Below, piece after piece: positions 53,025 through 64,000 of a DNA stretch of 64,000 nucleotides; within the stretch, counting starts at the first letter, position 1; every line of letters begins with the position of its first letter. Both the position numbers and the translations under genes were made by a program. The DNA is from the human T2T-CHM13v2.0 reference genome, Homo sapiens: NCBI RefSeq assembly GCF_009914755.1, contig NC_060930.1; one strand, written 5' to 3'. Below the pieces are notes generated by a model, which made no database searches, had not been told where the DNA came from, and was given only the letters and a program-made list of their open reading frames with translations.

Positions 53025-56000
53025 AGAAAATACGTTTTTATAATATTTCTCCTCTTCACTTTCTGGTTAGCTTGTAATGAGATTTAATTACCAGGAATGT
53101 GTTTTCACTGAGGTATTTTTCTTCATTTCCTCCTAGGAAAAATTAGGAATTAGGATTTGCCAAATTTTCTCTATCGAGCTACTGAATCAATGCTATTGAC
53201 AGCATCTTAGTGGATTAAGAGGTGGAATCTGAAATAAAATTCTCCTTCGAGTCTTCTGGGCCATACCTGTGCCTGCCATTGGAGTCCTCAGGGCAGAGAG
53301 TGGTCTGTCCTGGCAATGGCAGGTTCAGGAGGGAGGAATTACATGGACCCAATGGCATGGATGAGAAAGCACTGATTTCTATCCTACTGCTTTCATTTCT
53401 TTTGCCTCGACCGTCTCTGAATCCTTTCAGAGCCACCACCTACCCCTGCAAACGGTGGTAGAAGAGAAAAATTATTTTAAAGGTATTTCCACTTGAAACA
53501 GAGTTAACTTTCTTAAATTAAGGGAATTTTTTTTTTAAGCTGAAAGATGTTTAATTTCTTTTCTAGCCCATAGGAAGCACAGATGGATGGTATCTTTGTA
53601 CATAATAATCAACTGTGACTAGTTAAATGACACACACATGTAATCACTTTACCATTCTAAAAATATTCTCTCTCTGCTTTCCTGATCATTTTCTAAAACA
53701 CATGTGAAAGGTTGTTCTGACCCACTTATGGCTTTACTGGGTTATCTGCCCAAATAATACCATCTTATGATTTGTTTTGTTTCCCATATAAGCTGAAAAT
53801 TTTCTTATTAACCTCCATGACATCTCAATATATGTTTTGTTTACTGCCAGACCCTACTAAGTTTATTGATATATTTTACATGAAACTGCCTGGTAAATTT
53901 GCAAATGCAGCAATTACTGCGGTAAATTGCATTTTAGAGATAATGTTCCGAATTTTTCCTTCAAGACAATACAAATGGTGCTGTCTAATGCCAGTGATAA
54001 CTAGCCACAAGCCAAGTCCTTTCCAATAAATACAAAGTTTGTAATGAGATGGTGGCTTTCCTTTTATAGATTGAAGGAAATTGGTAATGAAAACTTTGAT
54101 TTTTTTCCCCTGAACTTTATTAAATAAAATGAATCACAGTCTGGTATTTAAAGTCAATAGCACTAGCTAAAACAAACTGCATTGTATCTGTAATTACAAA
54201 CCTCTTCTAAAATTAGAGTGATAAAGATAGTGAAAGCTTCCTTTTTAACTTGTTAATTTCATTCAAATGCTAAACCAGCAAATATATTATCAAATGATAA
54301 TATATTTGTTATTTTAAATGAATTCTCTAAGTAGATTATAAAGTTATGGCCCCAGATTATTTGAGAATTAAGGATCCCTTGCTGTATCCATATGCTCTAA
54401 TTATATCTACTTATTTCTCAAAAAGAGGTATGAGCATATTGACTCATTCCTTCCACCCAAATATCCAAAAATCTTTAAGCTCCCCACATACCTCTTATTC
54501 TCCAGTTATGGAATCATGTTGGCTTCCAGTTAGAAAATGAAAAGTACTTGTTGGGCTCCCCGTGCCAGAGTGCCTTCCTTCCTTACCTCACTTCTTCCAG
54601 AACTGGAATCCTGTCCTAGAACTCCTCCTCATTGTCACGAGCTCCATTTCCCAGCTCTTGATGTCCCCGACACTGTGCTTTACCCACCACTGCCCCCAAT
54701 CAGATCCCCTTGGCTTAGATCACCTTTGGTAGGGACCACATCTTACTGGGTTTTTGACATTCACCTGATTTCCTTCCTAAACCCTCCTAGTTCTGTCTAA
54801 TCTCTCAAAGTCCTGGCCACACCAGCCAAATCGCCAATCAGCCCTGGTTCTGACATTCTCCAGGCATGAATCTTCTGGGCCAATACCCCAGCCCAGACTT
54901 CCCTTTGATAGTGAGAATTAGATGGGAAAGATGATTTTTAGAAGTGTGCACATATGCCTTACAGTTATGTCCATATTCTTACATAAAATTAAATATATAA
55001 ATAGTGTGGTGACATTTGAGGGAATGCTTAATGAGTACAAGGGACAAAAAGTATAAATGCTAAGGTTTAAAAGAAATACTTCTCCAGATACTGAGGCAAA
55101 TGATGAAGAAAATAACAAAGCATTGCCTATTAACAGTGTTACTACAGGAAGATCTCAAGAGATTATTAATTTTATCCCTGCCAGATAATGACTTTTGATA
55201 AATTCCTAATTTCTGAGTTGAGAATCAAATACAACAATCGCTTCTTGAATTAGCCACATAATTGTAGTCCATGCTACATGGAATTCTCCTGGCGGTTCTT
55301 GCAGTGATGGTGATATGAATATCCTAGCTGCTGCTCAACTCTGTTTAATCTCCCGCTGTAATTACAGCAGGAAGGCATGCTCACTTTTTCACATTTTCCG
55401 TTTACTCTGGAGTGTAAATTTTAGGAAACTAAGACTTTTGAGTTCCGCAAAATGTCTCCTAAGCCTATTCATCTCTAGCTTTCTTGTTTTTAACATATTC
55501 TCCCAGTGCCTGACTATTGTTTTTGCAGATTTAAATAGCCTTATGACCTTTATATCAACTAAAATGTGAAATACCTAGTTTTGATGGATTGCCTATGCTT
55601 CTGTTTATTTAATTGTAAACATTCCATAATAATCTATTATCCTTGGAAAACACTATTTTTTTCCATTGGAAGCTTGTTTTATAGTGACGTTATTTCCATG
55701 TGGATGAACATAGTGATCTGCAGTCTAATTTATTCATCTGGAAAGTCAAAACTTCATTTTGTGAGGCGAATATAAGCTCATATACTCCCTTGTGGTAAAG
55801 TTAGATGAATATTCTCATTGCTTCAGAATATATTGTGCATACCTAGTTAAGAGACCTTGAAGCAAACTTGTCATTTCTGAATTTCATCAGTCAAAGTATG
55901 TATTTGCCTTGGCTTTATACTTACTTAAAGGACAGGGGCTGATGTGGAAAATTTTCTCAGGTGCAGAGAACAGCAGACTATTAACATATGGTTGACATGG

Positions 56001-58105
56001 TTTCATTTGATTGTCCTAAATTACAGGAGTTGGGCTCATTTTGATGCTATCCATATTGCTGCCAGGTTTTCTAATTTATTTTAAAATCATTCACTCTTTC
56101 TTAAGCTTTTCCAAAGCAAGAGGTGTGGGTGAGGGAGTATTTCCTTGAGCATCAGCTGTACTGGAATATTCTAGTATGTTTGACTTGATAGTTTAACTAC
56201 AAGGCATGACCAGCCACACTCTGCAGTCACATTGACTTCTTAGAATTTTGAGATTTGCAAGGATATTTGTCTTTCACCTTGGTTAAATACTTTGCATACA
56301 GAATTAAGTAATTTCATTAAAGTGCATTGGAGGAGAAAAATAATTTATGACAGGAAGTCTATAAGTATAAGGAGTTTAGCCAGAAGTTGTGATGTAATGT
56401 TAAACAAATAACCTTCAAAAATTATCCTGAAAAATCTATTTGTATGTCCATAAAAAGGACCTACAATTTGTGGGGTGGGCTCCAATCATAAAGAGTTTTG
56501 TTACAGAAATCTCTCAATGAAATGGCTAATTTTTTCTTTCCAATTGCCCATGGAAATGGAATTAAGCCTCGTTAACTTGAAATAGAATGGCTGTCCTCCA
56601 TGATGGAGCAGGACAGTGCCTCTAGATAGCACAGATGCAAAGTCCTCAAAGTGTATTTCTCTCACCTGCGGTAGTCACGGAGAGTTTTAAAAAATTACTT
56701 TATAAATCTTACTTTTTGATAATTTCTGAAATTGAAATAATTTGAGCTGAAGCCTTTATTGCATTGAGTTTCCATGTAAGTCAAAGACCAGTAGACATGA
56801 ATAAGAATTAAAGAGATCCACAAATAGAGCCCTAAAAAAAATCCACTTGCATTTCACATGGATGCCACAATTGGACTCAGTCCTGAATTGTCACTGACAG
56901 GTTTCTCAATCTTGTCAGTAATGATGGCATCCTGGTGGTGGCAGCAAACAGAGAGCAATTTTCTGCAGTGACTGTTGTGGACAATTTGTATTAAGATGAA
57001 ATGTTATGAGACAAATATATGAAAGCCTCGTTCTTGCTTCTGTGTGATGCAAATTTTCTTTTCCCTGCTTGGTCAAGCATGGAGTACCGAAAAAAGATTT
57101 GGAAAAGATGCATTGGCACTGGATTGCAAAGTGTCATTGTATCCTTTTCCAACACAACATTCTTACAGTAAAGGCAGAATGAGTTACGTGTACTATCAGT
57201 AGCTCCGTAGCGCCAAGGCTCATTTGGCCATTTAAAGGTATCTTTTGGGCTTCTTTGTCAGCTGTCAAAGGAGAACATATTTGGCTTACATCAAGGGTTG
57301 CATAAGTATTCGGTGAATGGTTAATAAGGCTTTTCTTTTAATGTGAGACAGTAATTTGAAAAAGTCTGCTTGGATGTCAACCCAAACAGCTGAGCTTGCT
57401 ATTTGATTAAGGAATTGGAGTTGCATGGGTGGGTTTATTGGAAATGGCAGACACTGAACTGACAGATGTCTGCCCTGAAGGTTTACAATTCTAAATCTTT
57501 TGTTTTCAAAATATTTAAGGTAAAATGTTTACATTGAAACAGAATCCTATGGATATTTCAGTATACATATTGCACGTATAATTAAGGCTACCTACATTAT
57601 TTTGAAAGCTAGTGACAGCTACAGAGAGTTTATACCACTAATAAATGTAAACAGAAATTACTGAAGAGTTTGGCATATTACTTTCTTGAATAAAACATCA
57701 TATACATGAACTTGAATATTATATTGAGAGAAAATTGAAAGTAGGCTACAAAATTAATAGTGAAGTATTTGCATTTTTTCCCATGAGGATTATAGATGTT
57801 TTTAAATGTGGCTATAAAAATACAAATATTTTTCTTTTTAAATATAGAAACACATCTGTGCTTGTACCTGCAAGAGTTGATGCTTTTGTGGATAAAAGTC
57901 TATACTTTCAAAATAAGATTTTCCGAGTCAATGTAGCCACTTCCAATAGTTGATATAGCGTAGTGGTTAAGAATATGAGTGAAGTTTTTAGAATAGCTCT
58001 AGAAAATATTAAGTACTATGTGAATATTAGCTCTTGGCTAATGGAGGTGTGATGATGCTTGCCAGTGAGTGGCAAAAGTCACTTCTTTTATAAATTTTGA
58101 TTTGA

Positions 58106-58438
<333 letters not shown>

Positions 58439-58446
58439 ACCACCAT

Positions 58447-58601
58447 CCAGGCACACTGGGTCATGCCCGTAATCCCAGCACTTTGGGAGCCTGAGGCAGA
58501 AGGATTGCTTAAGCCCAAGGAGTTCAAACTTACTGTGAGCAAGGATGATGCCACTGCACTGAACTGCAGCCTGGACGATGGCATAAGACCCAGTCTCTAG
58601 A

Positions 58602-58646
<45 letters not shown>
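58447..58646 (+). mobile_element. Monomer-length old Alu (FLAM/FRAM or deleted AluJ) whose tail became (CA)n
   Basis: CCGTAATCCCAGCACTTTGGGAG...GCCACTGCACT...; CA repeat at 58605-58646. Confidence 0.8.
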
Positions 58647-58649
<3 letters not shown>

Positions 58650-58804
58650 CAAAACCCAAAACACTACCGCACACACATACATACAGGTAAGTGCCATAAC
58701 TTTATAACAGCACTTCCTATTCATGCTTCTGCCATCTCCCTGCCCAGAGATATATTTTTTTAATTTTTGAGAGTTATTTTTTAGGAGGATGATATGTAAA
58801 GTAA

Positions 58805-59185
58805 GCATTTTATTTGAAAATATTTTTAGATTTATTGAAAAGTTGCAAAAAGAGTGCTATTCTATATGGTCCACATGGGTTTCCCCTATTATTAATATCT
58901 TACATGTCTTGGCACATTTATTGTAATTAATGAAGAAATGCTGATACATTGTTATTATCATTACAGTCCATACTGTATCAGATTTCGTTGATTTTTTCTG
59001 TTCCAGGATCTCACCCAGGACGCCATATTGTGTTTAGTCATCAGGTCTACTCAGGCTCCTCTTAGCTATGCAGTTTTTCAGGACCTCCTTGTTTTTGATG
59101 ACTGTGACGGTTTTGAGGAGTACTGCTTAGGTGTTTTGTAAACAAAATGTCCTTCAATTGGGATTTGTGTGGTGGTTTTCTCATT
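58805..59185 (-). mobile_element. L1MC-type 3' end (antisense)
   Basis: TTTAGATTTATTGAAAAGTTGCAAAAAG...TTTTGAGGAGTACTG...TTGGGATTTG..TTTTCTCAT. Confidence 0.75.
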
Positions 59186-60060
59186 AAGGAAATATAAATT
59201 AAAGCTACAGCAGGGTACCACAACACATCTATTAGAAGGGCTAAAATCCAAAAGCCTGACGATACTAATCATTGCCAAGAATACAGAACAACAGGAACTC
59301 TCATTCATTGCTGGTGGGAGTGCAAAATGATGCAGCCACTTTAGACAGTTTCTGACAAAGTGAACAGAGAGTAGCCGTATGATCCAGCAGTTGTGCTCCT
59401 AAGTCTTTATCTGATTGATCTGAAAACCTAAATCCAAAGAAAATGGCATGCAGATATTTCTAGCAGCTTTGTTCATGATCAGCAAAAACTGCAAGATGTC
59501 CTTCAGTAGATGAATGTGTAAACAAACTGTGGTATATCTATACAATGGAATATTATACAGTGATAAAAATAAATGGGCTATTCAGCCATCCATAGAGATG
59601 AATCTCAAATGGAGGTTTGAATTGTAATCCCAAAAGATGATCCCAAATTCCATGTGCCAAATGTTGAAATCCCAAAAGATCAAAATGCCTAATGATCAAA
59701 ACCTCTCACGTCTAAGTCCTTAATATCTAAAACCCTGAAAATCACAGTCACAGGATAATTGCATCACATTAGGTAGGACTATTGCCTTGCTATTATCTTT
59801 ATTTGGAAATTAAGTGTGGTTTAAAAAGATGTGTATGATTGCAAAGTTGACAAGGGGTGACTTGTGGATTTAATTTTAGGTGTCAATTTGACTGGATTAA
59901 CAAATACTTAGTAAAGCATCACTTTGGGTGTGTCTGTGAGGGTGTTTCCAGAGATTTGTGTGTGAGTATGGGTGGACTAGCTGGGGAAGATCTGCCTTCA
60001 GTATTAGAGGGCACCAATCAGGGGCCCAGAGAGAATAAATACAAAAGATGAATTGGTCGA

Positions 60061-60152
<92 letters not shown>

Positions 60153-60166
60153 GTCTCCTCTCTCTC
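60061..60166 (+). repeat. (TC)n microsatellite in the MLT2 segment
   Basis: About 100 bp near-pure TC repeat. Confidence 0.95.
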
Positions 60167-60286
60167 TGAAAGCTGGGGCAAACTTTTCATCTGCTTCCTT
60201 GGATGTCAGATTGAACATCAGAAATTTGACTCTGTGAAAGTGCATTATCATGTTGACTTTGTGTTAAGTATTGTGTGTGTATGTAA

Positions 60287-60632
<346 letters not shown>

Positions 60633-63039
60633 TGAAAGATAAAGTTTCTAAAGATCTCGGCTCTTTAGGTGACTGTCTATGCATCTTGATTTTTGATAGA
60701 TCTCATCAAAAATTTAGGTTGTTTGTCATGGTTTTTCAGATGACTACAGTTATAAAGCTGGGTGCATGTGGTTACTGACCATAGTGATATACGTTTATAC
60801 CTTTCACTTTTTGGCCTATTTCTTTATGAATACAGCTTGTCTACTCATAACTGTTAGACCTATGTGACCATCATTAGTATACCTGAGTATTTATGCATGC
60901 AAAAATATGTTATTATTGCCTATTTTATTGTGTAAAGTGGCCTGTGAATCGTTTCATTGTATTTTTGTATTTCTCAAATAAATCCCCCTTAAAAGTGTAA
61001 ATAAATATCCTTAATTTTTAAAAAAATTTTTCCCCAGAATTATATTTTTGAGATTTTGATCTTTCCAGATTTCAATATTTGGGATTAAGATTATGTCTTT
61101 CCACATTATGATCGGTTGCTCTCAAATGCATATTACTAGCTGAGGAAGCCAGTCCGAGAAGGCTGCATATTTTATGCCAATTATATGACTTACGAGAAAA
61201 GGCAGAACTATAGACAGTAAACAGAGTGGTGGTTATCAAGGACTTAAGGAGGAGATAGAATTGCATAGGTGAAGCACAGGGAATTACTAGAGCAGTGAAA
61301 CTATTGTGTAAATACTGTATATGACATGCATTTGTGAAAGCCCATAGAACCTTATAGTACAAAGAGTGCCTCTTACTATAGCAAATTAAAAATTCTTAAG
61401 GAGATTGGGGGAATCTCAGGGTGGAATGCAGAATGAGAAAGGAATTTATTATAAATTTATGAAACAACGTTACTGAAGGGGGTGGGGAGACAAGTTGCAA
61501 ACATAAATAACTTTGGAAATGAGTAGAGACTGTATCGCTAAATGCAAAAGTAACTGTACATAAGCATAATATTCTGGTTGATAAAAGGTTGCCAATTCTG
61601 AAACAAGTATAATAATGTACTAAAATTGAACAGTTAAGCAAATGAATAGTGAGTGGTGGAAGTCAGATGTTTTCTTTGCTGGAGTAAGAGGTTACAAATA
61701 AGTAAAGGGAGAAAGCTAGAATGCTCCGTTTGGTAACAGATTAGAAATGCAGACATTGTTTGTGAACTAATGTTTAGCTAATATAGACGCATATGGATGT
61801 ATATATAGAAATATTTATGCATATGTGTGCATATACAGATTCATATACTATTTCCTTGCTTTGTCAGCTGAGAGAATCTAGAAGCAACAACACCTCACTA
61901 GTAACAAGCACACCTAGTGCCCAGATCTTAGTTTCTAATTTCATCCTCTAATAAAAGGAATCAAGGATCCCTGAAGAAATGGATGATTCTGTGACTGGGG
62001 CAGGAAATATACAAGATGAGCCTGTAGCATTTTGTAGGACTAGAAAGTAAGGAAGTACTCAAGAAACATGATTAACAACAACAAAAACCAACAACAATGA
62101 TGATGTATGTCAAAGGAACACTGGGGCCAACTGAAAGTGCTCCCAATGGCTGACACTGGAACAATTTGAATAAGAAAATAAAGTAGTAATGGATTGTAAC
62201 TCAAATTACAAAATAAATATTTGTGATTCCATACTGACATAAATAAATGATTAAATAAATGGAGACGAATAGATACATCTCCCATGCAAAAAACTTCATA
62301 TAATTTATGGAGATAATTTACCCTCAAAATAGAGCATATATCCCCATTCTTTAAGTGTGGACTGCATGTAGTGACTTCCTTCCAAAAAGTGCAGTATGGG
62401 AAAGGGAAAAAGAATAACCTTGCAGAGAGAAACCTGACAAACACTGTCTGAGCCAGGTGATCAAGGTCAACATCAACAACAAGTCATGTTGCCAGCAAGT
62501 ACAGTTGACAAGACCTGGTGAAAATGAGCTTTACTTCTATGGCGCCTTATCCCCCCCAAATCCATAATCTCAGTTTAACCATGAGAAAAACATCAGATAA
62601 ATCCCAACTGAGGGACGTTCTACAAAATGCCTAACTAGTACTTCTTAAAACTGTCAAGGTCATTATAAGCAAGGAAAGTCTAAGAAACTGTCCCAGCCAA
62701 GAGGAACTTCATGAGATGTGATGACTAAGTATTATGTTGTATTGGATGGAATCCTGGAACAGCAAAAGGACATTAAATAAAAATCAAGAAGATATGAATA
62801 AAGTATAGACTTTAGTTAATTAGAACAAGTGTATATACATATATATTTAAATACACATATAGCCAGTATCATGCCAGTGTTCATAGATCTATGTCTTTTT
62901 CAAACAACTGGGTATTATTTTATTGTATGGATGGAAGTAGTGGAATGTGTAAGGAAACAAATTTATTGGTACCTATTTAGGCTGTTTTCATCTTACTTCT
63001 TACCCTTTTTGACAATGGTGAATACATACATTTTTATAA

Positions 63040-63280
63040 AAAGAAAAAGTTGACTATATTTCTGTGGATCTACATTCAGCCTCTAAGTTCTGTTCTATCA
63101 TTTACTTTTTCACCAGTGCCACATTGTCTTGGTTACTGTAGCTTTACAGTAAATCTTGAAATTGGATAGTGTGAGTCTTCCAACTTCTTCAGTATTATGT
63201 TGGCTATTCTAATCCCTTTGCCTTTCCATATAAATTTTAGAGTCAGTTTGCTGGTACCTGCAAGACAGCTTACTGGTCAT
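63040..63280 (-). mobile_element. Old L1 ORF2 fragment
   Basis: CCAGTGCCACATTGTCTTGGTTACTGTAGCTTTACAGTAAATCTTGAAATTGG...TTCCATATAAATTTTAGAGTCAGTTTG. Confidence 0.8.
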
Positions 63281-64000
63281 GATTCTTTTCTTCACTTATA
63301 CCAGACTCTAAATAATTGTTCACTGCTCCAGTAATTCAAATTCACTCTTAAAAACTTGCCTCCAAGGTGAGGATATTCATCCTCAAAATATTTGAGCAAT
63401 TGCAACACCAGTGGGAAAAAATGCATCTGTCTTCCCAAGGCATTTTCTTTAATAAATAGCACTTATTTGAATGAATAAATTTGAATATTTAAGATATTCA
63501 AATCCGATTATGTTTATTTGATAAATATCACACTATACAATGGTTGTAACACCTACCCTCAGGATTGTTGGGAGAGTTAAATTGGTGAGCCAGTAAGGTT
63601 TAAATATGTTTAGAGCTTCAAAAGTATTCAATAAATATTACTTTTCTTACAGTTAACCCATTTTCTCATTACAAAAAGCCTTATGCAGGATATAAACTCA
63701 CATAATTGTCTACTATAAGACTTATTATTTCTTTAATTATTACTTAACATCATACTCACTTAAAGTACAGTATTGCATCATATAAAAAGACTTCCATATA
63801 AATGCATTTAATTTCACCCTAGGATACATTAAACATTTGTAATGTTAAAGCTAATGGATTTAGAAGTATTACATTTTTGTAAAAAACATAACTTTGAGAC
63901 TATGTAAATATATAATTTAAAAGATGGTAAAGTTATGAATATTAAGAACTTTTACCGATTTCTCCATTGAATGTTTGATTATTCGAGTTCATATGATATG

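Overview
Primate (human-like), AT-rich, non-coding DNA with no recognisable canonical protein-coding exon, CpG island or annotated-type RNA gene; the host locus cannot be named from sequence alone. The window holds about 23 Alu copies or fragments, old L1, HAL1, L2, L3 and MIR relics, ERV1/ERVL/MaLR solo LTRs and DNA transposons. These include a Ricksha MULE carrying an MLT2 LTR with an intact 9-bp TSD. Between the repeats are unique blocks with clustered homeodomain/HOX/TALE-type motifs and retained CpGs, consistent with a long intron or gene desert containing developmental enhancers (inference). Highlights: (i) a non-repeat single-exon gene-like unit on the minus strand (TATA box, ATG, 146-codon ORF, stop, AATAAA 4 nt later) reshaped by a locally templated 34-bp insertion; (ii) a 5' fragment of the very ancient LF-SINE; (iii) several hairpins and perfect palindromes, a tailless Alu and multi-level nested insertions. 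Repeat family names come from recalled consensus sequences and were not confirmed by a database search. Nearly all ORFs in the supplied track are Alu, L1 or microsatellite artefacts.
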